A stretch of 34,656 bases of DNA from a virus (IMGVR_UViG_3300037467_002124:1-34656), one strand, 5' to 3'; positions 1-9,757 are shown, counted from the stretch's first letter. The notes: a model not told the origin generated them from the sequence alone. Made by a program: numbers and translations.

Positions 1-186
1 CGGTTTAGGTTTAACCTTGATAGGTTTGTAGATAAAAATAGGCTGTTTTTGCTTAATTAGTTTTACTTGAATAATAATACTGCTACTTTGCTTTTTAACG
101 GGTACTATCGGCTTGTTCTGTACGTTAAACGGGCTATAAAGCATAGTGGCGAAGCACGCTGCGTAAGTTAATAGTAACAACGCCAC
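1..186 (-). CDS. Partial CDS running off the window edge; N-terminal hydrophobic segment followed by a K/P/Q-rich stretch (possible membrane-anchored or secreted protein)
   Basis: Open frame read by hand (VALLLLTYAACFATMLYSPF...KPIKVKPKP); start uncertain (GTG 186 or a non-canonical codon just upstream). Confidence 0.45.
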   Translation of the reverse strand, partial: MALLLLTYAACFATMLYSPFNVQNKPIVPVKKQSSSIIIQVKLIKQKQPIFIYKPIKVKPKP

Positions 187-197
187 AAAATACTTAT

Positions 198-743
198 TTA
201 TGAACCCGATAACGTTCGCTTCCTTGATTTGGTTTTAGGATAATTTTGAATTTCAATTTCTTCATACGCAACGTGTTTCCAATTAGAGCCGTTATTAATG
301 TTTAGAATAGTGCTGCGGCTCACATTGTAGAATTCAGCAACAATATACTGTGAATAACCTTCAAGTAACAATTTACGAATTTCGTTTACTTGTTTTTCAT
401 TAAGGGTTGAATAGGTACATTCAGAACCTTTTTTAGCCAAGCCGATTTTCCATTGGTGCTTTGAGTTTTCACTTAAAGAAATCTGTTCAAGATTTTCTTT
501 TTTGTTGTTTAATTTATTACCGTCAATATGATTGATTGAGAGTTTACTATCAAGATTGTCAAGCCCGTTATAATAGGCATACATTAGACGGTGGGCGTAT
601 ACCCTTTTGTTAGAAGAACGATATTCAATATAGCCGTTCTTACCGATTGTACCTAACTTTTTACCGTTTCGATACAATTGACCGTCAACCACTCGATAAT
701 ACCCTTCGGTAATCCGATTAAGGTATGTTTCAATAGGTTTCAT
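198..743 (-). CDS. HNH homing endonuclease with C-terminal HTH
   Basis: YAHRLMY...INHIDGNKLNNKKENLE HNH motif; C-terminal SQYIVAEFYNVSRSTI helix-turn-helix. Confidence 0.85.
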   Translation of the reverse strand: MKPIETYLNRITEGYYRVVDGQLYRNGKKLGTIGKNGYIEYRSSNKRVYAHRLMYAYYNGLDNLDSKLSINHIDGNKLNNKKENLEQISLSENSKHQWKIGLAKKGSECTYSTLNEKQVNEIRKLLLEGYSQYIVAEFYNVSRSTILNINNGSNWKHVAYEEIEIQNYPKTKSRKRTLSGS

Positions 744-763
744 TTTTGTATGTCCTTTCTTTT

Positions 764-1054
764 TTATAGTTGTTTTTCTTTTTCCTTATCTCGTTCTATT
801 AAAGTTAGAATACAATAACCGCTTAAATCTAATAGTGTGTCATCAATAGATTCATTGGTTAATTTTGTGCCGTTACCTTTTACTACTAGATTGTTCAAAC
901 GATTAAATTTATCTTCAATTCGTATCATTGAACTTAATACGCCGTATTTTTCAAATTGCTTTGTAAACGAATCATCATAGTCCGCGTTTTTGCGTTTTAA
1001 TAAGTTAGCTAGATTTTGGCATATTTCATCAATGCGTTCGTCCTGCGTTTTCAT
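764..1054 (-). CDS. DUF1599 / nucleotide-modification-associated domain protein (all-alpha NTP pyrophosphohydrolase-like)
   Basis: KNADYxDSF...RIEDKFNRL...ESIDDTLLDLSGY pattern. Confidence 0.75.
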   Translation of the reverse strand: MKTQDERIDEICQNLANLLKRKNADYDDSFTKQFEKYGVLSSMIRIEDKFNRLNNLVVKGNGTKLTNESIDDTLLDLSGYCILTLIERDKEKEKQL

Positions 1055-1302
1055 CGAATACTTCCCCCTTGTTTTAATACTTCGATTAGGTGCAACATTT
1101 CATCATCACCATTACGAACAGCCCAAAGTCGAAGTTCATTAAAGTATTTTACTTTTTCATAATCAGTAGCTTCATAGATTAAATCACGCGTTTTCTTTTC
1201 AACGTATTCAATAGCTTGGATACTTTCAGGCGTTAGTGCGATGCTGTGGTTTGTTTCAATATAATACTTTGCTTTTTGGACAAGGTAACTCAACTCAAAC
1301 AC
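1051..1302 (-). CDS. Hypothetical protein
   Basis: Overlaps neighbours in the operon; no recognisable motif. Confidence 0.65.
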   Translation of the reverse strand: MFELSYLVQKAKYYIETNHSIALTPESIQAIEYVEKKTRDLIYEATDYEKVKYFNELRLWAVRNGDDEMLHLIEVLKQGGSIR

Positions 1303-1538
1303 CTCATTATTTTACGCTGCCGCCGGAGCAGGCTGCGAAGTAATTTTTCACTACCTATTACGGATATTATCACGCGTTTATTAGCCCGTTGCGTATAGAC
1401 GATTTCAATGCCATTTGTACGCCATTTGAACGAACCTTTTGCTGGAGGCAATGTTTTGACGATAGCTTTGACAAGCCCTTCGCTTATCGATTGCTGCTCA
1501 CACCGCATTTTTGCGTGTTCACTTAGTACGATTTGCAC
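1290..1538 (-). CDS. Small basic protein, DUF4258/RelE-like fold candidate
   Basis: LSEHAKMRC N-terminus and VIISV C-terminal strand resemble DUF4258-type proteins. Confidence 0.5.
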   Translation of the reverse strand: MQIVLSEHAKMRCEQQSISEGLVKAIVKTLPPAKGSFKWRTNGIEIVYTQRANKRVIISVIGSEKLLRSLLRRQRKIMRCLS

Positions 1539-1540
1539 CG

Positions 1541-2272
1541 TTATTCACCATCAAAGAATGGCTTTGTCCATTGCTCAACCGCAACGACTTGTGCTTTTAG
1601 GTTTTCTGCTAAAGCCGCGATTTCAGCTTGTGCACCGTTACCTTTTTTGCGTTTGGAATAAAAGTCAAGTAACGCACGTAGATTAGTAGTAAGCGTTAAG
1701 TTAGTAGCGGCTGCATTTGGAAGTACACTGCGGGCATCTTCTGCTGGAATACCGGCTAGACGGAGCGCGTCATAGGCTGCTTGGGCGGTTTGCATAAATA
1801 GGTTAAAAGTAGATTTTGCCTGCGTATTATTTTCGATACTTTCGGGCATAATATAATCAAACCCGCCGGAACGGTCACCACTACCTAGACGCACGTACCT
1901 TTGCGACTGTACGCTAAAGCTGAAGAAGCGATGGCGGGTTAACTGCGCTAAACAAGCCCGTGAGATACCTTCAACGGAAAACGTAAACGTGACGTGTTCA
2001 AGCGTAGAGGTATGACCACTATTGACGATCATACGGATTAGCCTGTCAGCCTCACTGCCGCCCTTGCCGTCAGATGCGGTATTACCGAAGTATTTGTGCC
2101 CTTCGTTTGGGATGATTTCACTTGGTTTATTTGGTGAGTAGCAAGTACGGATAGCCGATAAGCTAACCGCCTTGCCGTTATCATTTTCACCAATCATATC
2201 TTTAATAGATTGTAAAAATTCAACGCTTAACTTGCTGTGTGATAATAGTTTTACTTTTAACGAGGTTTCCAT
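1541..2272 (-). CDS. thyX: FAD-dependent thymidylate synthase
   Basis: GHTSTLEH and SRACLAQLTRHRFFSFSVQSQRY (RHRx7S) ThyX signature. Confidence 0.95.
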   Translation of the reverse strand: METSLKVKLLSHSKLSVEFLQSIKDMIGENDNGKAVSLSAIRTCYSPNKPSEIIPNEGHKYFGNTASDGKGGSEADRLIRMIVNSGHTSTLEHVTFTFSVEGISRACLAQLTRHRFFSFSVQSQRYVRLGSGDRSGGFDYIMPESIENNTQAKSTFNLFMQTAQAAYDALRLAGIPAEDARSVLPNAAATNLTLTTNLRALLDFYSKRKKGNGAQAEIAALAENLKAQVVAVEQWTKPFFDGE

Positions 2273-2418
2273 TTGGCTATCTCCTTATGCTTTTTGGTTA
2301 GTGTTTCATTTAATGTGTAGATACTGCCGCAAGTCATACAACGAACCATTTCGGTTGGGTATTTATCACCGTCAAGTTTTAGATAAAAGGTTGTTAGAAT
2401 GTGCCGGCATTGTTTCAT
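2257..2418 (-). CDS. 53-aa putative zinc-binding protein (absent from the ORF track)
   Basis: MKQCRH...RCMTCG; ATG overlaps the upstream stop (TGATG). Confidence 0.6.
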   Translation of the reverse strand: MKQCRHILTTFYLKLDGDKYPTEMVRCMTCGSIYTLNETLTKKHKEIAKWKPR

Positions 2419-2618
2419 CATTTTATTGTTTTCTCTTCTATATAAATACTTAACCTTGCAATTAAATAGAAACCTGCAAACATTCCTAAAGTGATGAAGA
2501 ACTGCCCGATTGTCATTGTTTTATACTTTTCAGCATATAGTATATAATCAAGGTTATAGAATACTGCTGTTAATGCCGTCATTAAGACAGAAAAAATCAA
2601 GCATATAATGTGTTTCAA
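2418..2618 (-). CDS. Small two-TM membrane protein
   Basis: Two hydrophobic stretches; G-rich RBS upstream. Confidence 0.65.
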   Translation of the reverse strand: MKHIICLIFSVLMTALTAVFYNLDYILYAEKYKTMTIGQFFITLGMFAGFYLIARLSIYIEEKTIK

Positions 2619-2630
2619 ATTAACGCCCCC

Positions 2631-2897
2631 CTAATGAATGAGAAAGTAAATACGTAAACTTGGGTGGTTCATAAGACTTTCAGCAAGTGTTAGCATGCTG
2701 CCCGGATAGTTTTCAACTGAATTTTGCTCATCACTTTCAAGCAAGTTCCAGACATCATCATAAACCCATTCGTCTTCTTTCTTTATATACCCGATGCAAA
2801 AGGCGTAGCCTTCAATAAACACATCAACGAATAGTAAGTCATGGTTAAACATATCACTAAATTCAACTTCACCGATTTCAATATCTTCAAACGTCAT
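2631..2897 (-). CDS. Acidic hypothetical protein (start likely at MTFEDI)
   Basis: GGGGG RBS before ATG 2897; ends LMNHPSLRIYFLIH. Confidence 0.65.
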   Translation of the reverse strand: MTFEDIEIGEVEFSDMFNHDLLFVDVFIEGYAFCIGYIKKEDEWVYDDVWNLLESDEQNSVENYPGSMLTLAESLMNHPSLRIYFLIH

Positions 2898-3411
2898 CAC
2901 TTGCGCCCCCGTAGTATTTTTTGCGAGCTTCAATTACTGCCCTTTTTGCGTCAGTTAATTTGTCATATACGCCAATGTGGATTTGCTTGCGGTTTACGGT
3001 GATATACGCTTTAAAGCGCCCTGTACGTGGATCAAGCGATACCCCGCGAATACCGGTTGATGAATTTTTATTAACGCTTTTACGAAACCGTGAGCTTTCG
3101 CTTTTGGCAATCACACGCAGATTGCTTTTGCGGTTGTCATAGGTGTTACCGTTTATATGGATAACCAGTTCATCATCATTTGCTTTCATCAAGAAACGGT
3201 GCAATTTTAGTTTGTCCTTCCCGAAGGTTGTTTGAACAAAATACTCATCACGATAACCGTTTTTAGTAACGCCCCATGTTTTGCCGAGGTCAACAAGGCG
3301 CTGTAAGTCAGAACGGTCAATAATAACCTCAACCTGTTCACCGCTGCGCCTGTCAACGAGTAATATTGCTGTTTCACCTTTTAGGCGAAATAGATTGCGC
3401 ATAGTGCCCAT
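2887..3411 (-). CDS. HNH endonuclease with C-terminal AP2 DNA-binding domain
   Basis: LHRFLM...IHINGNTYDNRKSNLR then SSTGIRGVS...GRFKAYITVNRKQIHIGVYD (AP2). Confidence 0.85.
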   Translation of the reverse strand: MGTMRNLFRLKGETAILLVDRRSGEQVEVIIDRSDLQRLVDLGKTWGVTKNGYRDEYFVQTTFGKDKLKLHRFLMKANDDELVIHINGNTYDNRKSNLRVIAKSESSRFRKSVNKNSSTGIRGVSLDPRTGRFKAYITVNRKQIHIGVYDKLTDAKRAVIEARKKYYGGASDDV

Positions 3412-3417
3412 TAGGAA

Positions 3418-3846
3418 TCACCCCTTTATACCGGTACTACCAAAGCCGCCAGAACCACGTTCAGTTTCTTTTAACGTATCAACTTCAACGATTTGGGCTT
3501 GTACTACCGGTGCGACAATAGCTTGTGCGATACGGTCACCAACAGCTACTTTAAACGGTAGACTTGAATGGTTGTACAAAATTACGCCGACATTGCCAGT
3601 GTAATCCGAGTCAATTGTGCCAAAGTGCGCTTGTATGCCGTGCTTTAAGGCTAAACCGGAACGTGAGCGTATTTGCACTTCATAACCTTCCGGAATTTCA
3701 AAAGCTAAACCGGTTGATACTAAACCGTAACCGCCCGCAGGAATTACTTTGTTTTCGACTGATGTTAAATCAAAGCCGGCAGCACCGGATGTTTGATACT
3801 TTGGAATAGTTGCGTTTTCACTTAATTTTTTAATACCTAACTTCAT
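3418..3846 (-). CDS. dut: Trimeric dUTPase
   Basis: AAGFDL, RSRSGLA, GTIDSDYTG, GDRIAQ, RGSGGFGSTG motifs. Confidence 0.95.
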   Translation of the reverse strand: MKLGIKKLSENATIPKYQTSGAAGFDLTSVENKVIPAGGYGLVSTGLAFEIPEGYEVQIRSRSGLALKHGIQAHFGTIDSDYTGNVGVILYNHSSLPFKVAVGDRIAQAIVAPVVQAQIVEVDTLKETERGSGGFGSTGIKG

Positions 3847-3849
3847 CAA

Positions 3850-4161
3850 TTAGTCCTCCCAATTTATGCCATGCATTTTAATTGCTGCTTTAAAATCTTC
3901 AATATCTTGTAGTAAACTTTCATAAATAGGTGCATTAGAAATACGATACAAGTTTTCTATTATTTCAATATTTACTAACCTATCTTTTAGTTCATCAATA
4001 TCAGCATTTTCAATACCCGATATTGCCGCAAACCAGCAAAATTCATCAAAGCGATTGAACATTTTATTCATATCAGTGGTTAAGAATAGTAACCTCATAG
4101 TTTTAAATGTTTCCTCTTTTTTATAAGCTGTGAATAATATTTCAAGGTTGTACATATTCAT
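3850..4161 (-). CDS. Hypothetical protein
   Basis: Fills the gap between phoH and dut; start placed at the first ATG after the phoH stop. Confidence 0.6.
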   Translation of the reverse strand: MNMYNLEILFTAYKKEETFKTMRLLFLTTDMNKMFNRFDEFCWFAAISGIENADIDELKDRLVNIEIIENLYRISNAPIYESLLQDIEDFKAAIKMHGINWED

Positions 4162-4165
4162 AAAA

Positions 4166-4822
4166 TCACCAGTGCAAAAGTTCTGCGTGCGCTGATATTT
4201 TACCACGGAAATTGACAGTCAGTTCACACGTTGCGACATACGGTTCATTTTTAAAATGTTCAAGGTATGGTAAGAACCCGGATTTACTTGGGTCTTTCAA
4301 ATCACACTGGTGGGGGTCACCGATAACAATTACGTGGCAGTCATCATGGATTCGAGTCAAAATTTTCTTCAACTCACCACGTGTAAAGTTTTGTGCCTCA
4401 TCGATTATCACCGTTTTATTTTTTAAGTTTGTACCGCGTGCGAACGTATGGCTCATTGGAAATACCCAAAATTCATTCTTTTTCAAAAGTGCCGGATCAG
4501 CATCTTCATTGTAAATAGATTTTAATGGGTCTTCATTGATTTCCATCAGCGCGTCTTTTAGAGGTATAATATAGTCAGATTCTTTTTCTTTAGTAGAACC
4601 CGGTCGGAAGCCCAAAGTTTTTTCTTCTACTGGAGAAAAGATATACGCAAGGTCTTTACCAAGTAATTTAGCGGCAGCAACGGCAAGTGTTGTTTTACCG
4701 GAACCGCTACGTGCGGAAGCGAATACAATATTTTTATCAAATATGCTATCAACATAGAAGCGTTGTTCATTAGTTAGTTTGTGTGCGAAGCCGAAGAATA
4801 GGTTGTTTTTAGGTAGACCCAT
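4166..4822 (-). CDS. phoH: PhoH family ATPase
   Basis: SGSGKT Walker A, RGTNL, IIDEAQN, LTRI, GDPHQCD. Confidence 0.92.
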   Translation of the reverse strand: MGLPKNNLFFGFAHKLTNEQRFYVDSIFDKNIVFASARSGSGKTTLAVAAAKLLGKDLAYIFSPVEEKTLGFRPGSTKEKESDYIIPLKDALMEINEDPLKSIYNEDADPALLKKNEFWVFPMSHTFARGTNLKNKTVIIDEAQNFTRGELKKILTRIHDDCHVIVIGDPHQCDLKDPSKSGFLPYLEHFKNEPYVATCELTVNFRGKISAHAELLHW

Positions 4823-4844
4823 TTGATTAACCCCTTATCATATT

Positions 4845-5015
4845 TTAGTTTTTTGTATTACGGTCATTCCATAAACGCTTTTTGATAGCATTACGAACTA
4901 ATTTACGCCCGAATTTGCCGGTATGTTTACCTTCTGCGTGCTGCATAAAGTGCTTATAATTAGCCTTTTTGCGCTGCGATTTGGTGAGCTTGCCCCAAGC
5001 ATTTTCATTACTCAT
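4845..5015 (-). CDS. 56-aa basic hypothetical protein (absent from the ORF track)
   Basis: MSNENAWGKLTKSQRKK...; ATGA overlap with the upstream stop; fills the operon gap. Confidence 0.6.
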   Translation of the reverse strand: MSNENAWGKLTKSQRKKANYKHFMQHAEGKHTGKFGRKLVRNAIKKRLWNDRNTKN

Positions 5016-5248
5016 TTTTCAAGTTCCCCCAGTATTTTGTTTATTTCATCAAGGATAACATCATTTAGCTCATTTAAAACATTTAGATAAGTGATATTAG
5101 TTTGGAGCCTGTCCATTTGTTCAACATTTTCAGCTTGTGCCGATTTTATCATAATGTTTGATTTTTCAAGGTTTGCTTTTACTTTTTTTAAATGTTTAAT
5201 AGATTTATTGTGATAGTTACCTGCGAATGAAACTTTTAAGTCCTTCAT
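5012..5248 (-). CDS. Hypothetical coiled-coil protein
   Basis: AAGGGGG RBS; directly downstream of a TGCAC-N16-CGTTAAAT motif. Confidence 0.7.
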   Translation of the reverse strand: MKDLKVSFAGNYHNKSIKHLKKVKANLEKSNIMIKSAQAENVEQMDRLQTNITYLNVLNELNDVILDEINKILGELEK

Positions 5249-5269
5249 ACGCTAACCCCCTTCTATCAC

Positions 5270-5298
5270 ATTTAACGATAGAAGAGGGAAAACGTGCA
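5270..5298 (-). promoter_or_regulatory. Putative phage-sigma promoter TGCAC-N16-CGTTAAAT
   Basis: Exact motif match, intergenic, oriented towards the 5248 gene. Confidence 0.75.
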
Positions 5299-5314
5299 AT
5301 TTATTTTCGTGTGA

Positions 5315-7513
5315 TTAACGCACACCGCAAGCGCCGTCGATACAACCTTCATCACCGAGGTCAAAATCATCACCGGTTTCAAAACGCTGTAATAGCGATG
5401 GGTCAAATATTTTCATGCTTGATTTCAATTCATCATATTTTTCTTTTGAGATTGCCTCATAAGGCGCAAGTTCATATGTGCCCCCGTCATATGATAGGAA
5501 CGATACCGCCATAAATTCATTCCACTTGTCCCAAATAATATTTTCAGCAACCGCCCACTCATTAGGACGTACGTGAATAGTATTACTAGAGTTATGTTCA
5601 GTGTAATGTTTTTGGAAAGCAAAATAAGTGTCAAATTGCTCATCAACGTAGACATCGTCTTTTGTTTTGTTAGCGCCTGAATAAACAGGGAAATCAATAA
5701 CAAGTGTACGGGCATTCAGCCAGTCTTGACCAACTTCCGGATTAACCTGCCAACCTAAACTCATTGCCACTTTTGCAAGCGGATCATGGGCGTTGATACG
5801 TATGCGGCGTATATAGTAAGGGCTGTGTGAATAGTGCAGACCGGAGCTTACGCCACCGAATAGCTGACTAATTGTTCCTTCTGGCTTAATTGTAGTAACT
5901 AACAATGGTGACGGAACGCGTAATGTTTGTGCGTATTTGTTTGCCTCATCACGTGCTATATCACCGAGCCAAGCAAGCAATTTATCTTCTTGTTCTTTCG
6001 TATAACCAAGTAGTGCGATTGCGTCTTTCACGCCTGTTAGCGATGTGCCTAGTAACCTATCACGCTTTTGAATTCTATCCCATTCAGAAAGTTCAAGGTC
6101 AACGAGTGTCATACGTAAACCGGCACGAGCCGATAACCGTTGCGCTTTTTCAAGTGCTTTACGTTGTAATCGACCGTTTTTCACAAACGCTACTAGATTT
6201 ACCGTTGTTAAATTACAACAGTTTTTACTATCAAGCAAAATTTCAGCACAAGGATTCATACCTTCAAAATTAGGGCGGCGTTTGCGACCTTCTTCCATAT
6301 TGATAAAGCCCGGTTCACCGGTTTCTTTCATCATAGTAAAGATTAGGTTTAGCATAGCACGGCTTGGCTTATTTTCAAGCGCGATAGAGTTATTACTCAT
6401 ACGGCGGTGGTGTAGTGGGCGAGCGTTTGCGTCAAATACGTTTAAACTAGATACCCAGTTTGCAAGTTCATGCTTTCCAAGCAGCATAAGTTTTTGAATT
6501 ACCTCTTTGTGCCCTTCTTCATTCCAAATACCGTTAATGCCGTATTTTGCGAACATACTTTCAAAGTCATTTTCATCAAGTAGGAATATTTCAGCTGTTC
6601 TTCGAACGCCACCAACCACAATAACGCTGCCGATTAAATTGGCAATATCTAATATTGCAACCGGACGTACTTTTACGAAACCGTGCGTTTTATCAACAAC
6701 TTCCCACGGCGCAATTGCCGGATCCATTGTTCCTTTTAATACTTTTTCAATGCCTTCAAACAGTTCAAATAACACTTCAGGACCGGATGCTGTACCGCCA
6801 AACTTGATTAATCGTTCACCTTTAGGACGCACTGAATTGTAATTAAACCGGATTGTTTGATGGGTGGCGTGTGCTGGGTCAGTTAGAATTTTGAAAAATA
6901 GACGTACCGCCTCAGACCAGCCTTCTTTACTATCCCCAACTTCAATAGTAACCGTATTGCCTTCAACAGTGAAAGTGCTATTTTCTTCACGTTCTTCTTT
7001 TGGCAGCGGCTCATACGGTAGATTTACAAGCGTAAATTTATTACGTATTGGAGCAAGTTTAGCAACCTCTTTAAACGTTGCTTTTACGCCGATACCTGTA
7101 CCAAGCATTAAAAGAAGTGTTAAGTCATAGAAATCAAGCCAGTTTTCCATATTCATAAATGCACAGTTAAAGTTTGCTAGAGGGTGAGTTTCAGCGACAC
7201 CTGTTTCAGCACCACCAACCCAAAGCGTACGACCGGATAAACTTTGCTTTAAATTGAACATATTATCGAACAATAGTTGAAGTTCCTCTTGTAGCTCATT
7301 TTCAGGTACGACATAACCGAGCTTTTCGTAATGTTTACGTGCTAGATTGACGTTATAAGTTGCGGCGCGTTTTGCCGTTTCCTTCCACGTTTCACGGCGT
7401 TTTAATTCAGGTATAAAACGGGAGTAGGTGCGGTAATAAACAAATTTACCGAGTTCATTCATATGCTTTGGAAAATCTTTATATTTTTCTGTATTAATTT
7501 CAATGTTTGCCAA
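5315..7513 (-). CDS. nrdJ: Class II (adenosylcobalamin-dependent) ribonucleotide reductase
   Basis: YYRTYSR, SGRTLW, NCAF, VVGGVRRTAEI, NPCAEI, TTIKPEGT, C-terminal CIDGACGVR. Confidence 0.93.
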   Translation of the reverse strand: MANIEINTEKYKDFPKHMNELGKFVYYRTYSRFIPELKRRETWKETAKRAATYNVNLARKHYEKLGYVVPENELQEELQLLFDNMFNLKQSLSGRTLWVGGAETGVAETHPLANFNCAFMNMENWLDFYDLTLLLMLGTGIGVKATFKEVAKLAPIRNKFTLVNLPYEPLPKEEREENSTFTVEGNTVTIEVGDSKEGWSEAVRLFFKILTDPAHATHQTIRFNYNSVRPKGERLIKFGGTASGPEVLFELFEGIEKVLKGTMDPAIAPWEVVDKTHGFVKVRPVAILDIANLIGSVIVVGGVRRTAEIFLLDENDFESMFAKYGINGIWNEEGHKEVIQKLMLLGKHELANWVSSLNVFDANARPLHHRRMSNNSIALENKPSRAMLNLIFTMMKETGEPGFINMEEGRKRRPNFEGMNPCAEILLDSKNCCNLTTVNLVAFVKNGRLQRKALEKAQRLSARAGLRMTLVDLELSEWDRIQKRDRLLGTSLTGVKDAIALLGYTKEQEDKLLAWLGDIARDEANKYAQTLRVPSPLLVTTIKPEGTISQLFGGVSSGLHYSHSPYYIRRIRINAHDPLAKVAMSLGWQVNPEVGQDWLNARTLVIDFPVYSGANKTKDDVYVDEQFDTYFAFQKHYTEHNSSNTIHVRPNEWAVAENIIWDKWNEFMAVSFLSYDGGTYELAPYEAISKEKYDELKSSMKIFDPSLLQRFETGDDFDLGDEGCIDGACGVR

Positions 7514-7569
7514 CTTAAATACACTCCTTGTAGGTAAAAATAGAGGGCAAATGCCCCCTTACGTAAGTT

Positions 7570-7598
7570 ATTTAACGACTTAATTCTTTTTTCGTGCA
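7570..7598 (-). promoter_or_regulatory. Putative phage-sigma promoter TGCAC-N16-CGTTAAAT upstream of nrdJ
   Basis: Exact motif match overlapping the end of the resolvase gene. Confidence 0.75.
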
Positions 7599-8116
7599 GT
7601 TTTTTTCTTTTCTTTTGGTGGGTGAAGTGGGGGTATTTTATTTTCAGCAATAAGATAAGCAAGGGCAATGCCGCACGCGTCAGATTCATCGTCTTTTTTA
7701 AATATAAATTTTTCTTTTAAATTTAAAAGTTTACGAACGCCGGTTTCAACATCAATTTTTTCAGCGCTGCCACTACCGCCGATAACAAGTTTCATTGTTT
7801 TTGGATTGATTTCATTTAAAAACGTATAACCATAACGCGATAACACGGTTTCACATACGCCCCAAGCAGTATAGATTGCTTTTTGCGTAAAGGCGAATTT
7901 ACTACTAAAATCTTCACGCACGATAACATCAAATGGTTTATGCTTATTGAGAAACCGCGTAAGTGCGAATTCAATATGTTGCAAGCGTTCACCACGCGAT
8001 AAACTATCATCAGTTTTTATGTGGATGACGTCAATTAAGCGCGGGTTGCCGTCAAATAGTTCAATAACGGCAAAACCCGGGCTTGTTAGACTGATATCAA
8101 GTGATAGTATACGCAT
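7580..8116 (-). CDS. RuvC-like Holliday junction resolvase
   Basis: ILSLDISLTSPGFAV, IVRED and DDESDA acidic catalytic motifs. Confidence 0.85.
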   Translation of the reverse strand: MRILSLDISLTSPGFAVIELFDGNPRLIDVIHIKTDDSLSRGERLQHIEFALTRFLNKHKPFDVIVREDFSSKFAFTQKAIYTAWGVCETVLSRYGYTFLNEINPKTMKLVIGGSGSAEKIDVETGVRKLLNLKEKFIFKKDDESDACGIALAYLIAENKIPPLHPPKEKKKTARKKN

Positions 8117-8310
8117 TACTCATCACTGCTCATTAAAAGATTTAGCGTGTTAACCGCTATCATTGCGACAAGCGTGTAAAAGCAAGCGTGATAGTACGAA
8201 ATGCTTTGACCGAATATATAGTAGATACCGGTAATAGCAAACGGGGCAAGTACAAACCAAACGATAAAGGCAACGGTTAGATATACAAGTGCGCCGATGA
8301 TATTATTCAC
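8116..8310 (-). CDS. Small membrane protein
   Basis: Almost wholly hydrophobic; overlaps both neighbours; GAGG RBS. Confidence 0.7.
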   Translation of the reverse strand: MNNIIGALVYLTVAFIVWFVLAPFAITGIYYIFGQSISYYHACFYTLVAMIAVNTLNLLMSSDE

Positions 8311-9281
8311 TTTGCCCTCACCTCTTTTATAAATTGGAAGTTTTCAAAATAGCTATTTTTCAAGTAATCAGGTAGATTACCTTTTAGAACGTTTTTCACT
8401 TGGCGTTTTAATGCCTCGTATTCATCATCAGATAAATCAAGCGCGCAAGCTGTTTTATAGTTATTAAAGTTGAACTTGGATAAATCAAGTGCTGGCGGCG
8501 TGTTATTATTCACGCAGTCAAGGATAAAGCTAAAATATTCAAGTACATTTTGGCGATCAACATCAGTTACTTTCACATCAAATGCCCGCAAATCAGGATA
8601 CTTTTGATATTCTTCCTCACTCATTACCCAAGCCTTTTTTGAAAGATTACCATACATAATGATATAATCATCAATGCCATACATAATAGAGTAGCAAGTT
8701 ACTTGTTTAATATGGTCTTCTTTCGGACCTTTCATTGAGTAATCACCGGTTTGTGCAGCGGTTGTTTGCTTAGACTTTATTTCAAGCCCGACTTCAGCGC
8801 CCGTTTTATGCTCAAGTTTACCGTCAAGCGTACCGAATAGATAAAACTTATGCCCGTTATACTCAACCAGCTTCGCCTCTTTTGCGAAAGCCTCCCAAAA
8901 AGGGTAATCACGATTGGTGCGCGCTGGCACGAATGCCGGCTTTTTACCGGTTATTTTTTTGAAATGCTTTTCAATAGCAAGCAAGTCAGATTGAATAAAG
9001 TCACCGTATCGAGTACCCATTTGCTGCCACCTGTGCTGGTGCGGCTGCTTTGCTGATACATCACGCCTTGCGCCTTTTACTTTCATATAGAGTTCACGGG
9101 GGCAACTGTTTGCCGATGAAGGACTAAAATAAGGATAGTCCTTCGGCGGAAACTTATTAACCGGATTTTCAAGTATTTCAATTTTTTGTTTCATTATTTC
9201 GATTTCAAGTTCGTCATCCCATACTTCAGCTTGCACGTGATATGTGTCAAGTAAGTCAAGCAGCTCGGCTGCAAAACTCAT
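8307..9281 (-). CDS. PD-(D/E)XK (Cas4/RecB-like) exonuclease
   Basis: SPSSANSCPRELY, GTLDG, LEIKS, QVTCY motifs. Confidence 0.8.
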   Translation of the reverse strand: MSFAAELLDLLDTYHVQAEVWDDELEIEIMKQKIEILENPVNKFPPKDYPYFSPSSANSCPRELYMKVKGARRDVSAKQPHQHRWQQMGTRYGDFIQSDLLAIEKHFKKITGKKPAFVPARTNRDYPFWEAFAKEAKLVEYNGHKFYLFGTLDGKLEHKTGAEVGLEIKSKQTTAAQTGDYSMKGPKEDHIKQVTCYSIMYGIDDYIIMYGNLSKKAWVMSEEEYQKYPDLRAFDVKVTDVDRQNVLEYFSFILDCVNNNTPPALDLSKFNFNNYKTACALDLSDDEYEALKRQVKNVLKGNLPDYLKNSYFENFQFIKEVRAK

Positions 9282-9757
9282 TAGATAGCCGCCGCAGCCG
9301 TTGTGACGTTAAGAGTAATACCGGTAGATTCATTGCCTGCGTTATCAACCGTTGTAAATAGGAATGTGTACGCTGTAGAAGCAGTTAGAGTAGGCGCTGT
9401 GGTGTACGTCACATCACCGGTTAAATCAAACGGTGTTAATAGAACGCCATTTTGATAGATATTAACGAGTTTAAAGTCAGCGTCAGGTGGTGTAGTAAAT
9501 GCGAATGTTGCGGTTGTGTCGGTTACTGCGCTAAGTGTTAGATTAGTAATTTCAGTTGGTGCGATAGTATCAGGTTCAGCAGATACTTGATAACTCATTT
9601 CAAATAATGCTTTTTTCATAAAGAATTGGTCTTTATTACCTGATACAAGGTAATCACCTTTATCAGCTTTTACGACACCATTTGGGGTTGTCATAGTCAT
9701 TGGATATTGTAGTTCAATTGCTTCAATAGTTACGGCTGTTCGATTAAATTTTGGCAT
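9281..9757 (-). CDS. Fusion of a small phage domain (IEA...GDYLV.G...F...Y type) and a fibronectin type III domain
   Basis: N-terminal VTIEAI...KGDYLVSG...LFEMSY; C-terminal DTIAPTEITNL...IYQNG...TAYTF...VDNAGNES (FN3). Confidence 0.7.
   Translation of the reverse strand: MPKFNRTAVTIEAIELQYPMTMTTPNGVVKADKGDYLVSGNKDQFFMKKALFEMSYQVSAEPDTIAPTEITNLTLSAVTDTTATFAFTTPPDADFKLVNIYQNGVLLTPFDLTGDVTYTTAPTLTASTAYTFLFTTVDNAGNESTGITLNVTTAAAAI

Noticed and set aside
764-3846. Hypermodified-base pathway suggested by DUF1599
   Set aside because: ThyX plus dUTPase indicate ordinary thymine DNA, and no base-modification enzymes were recognised in this window.
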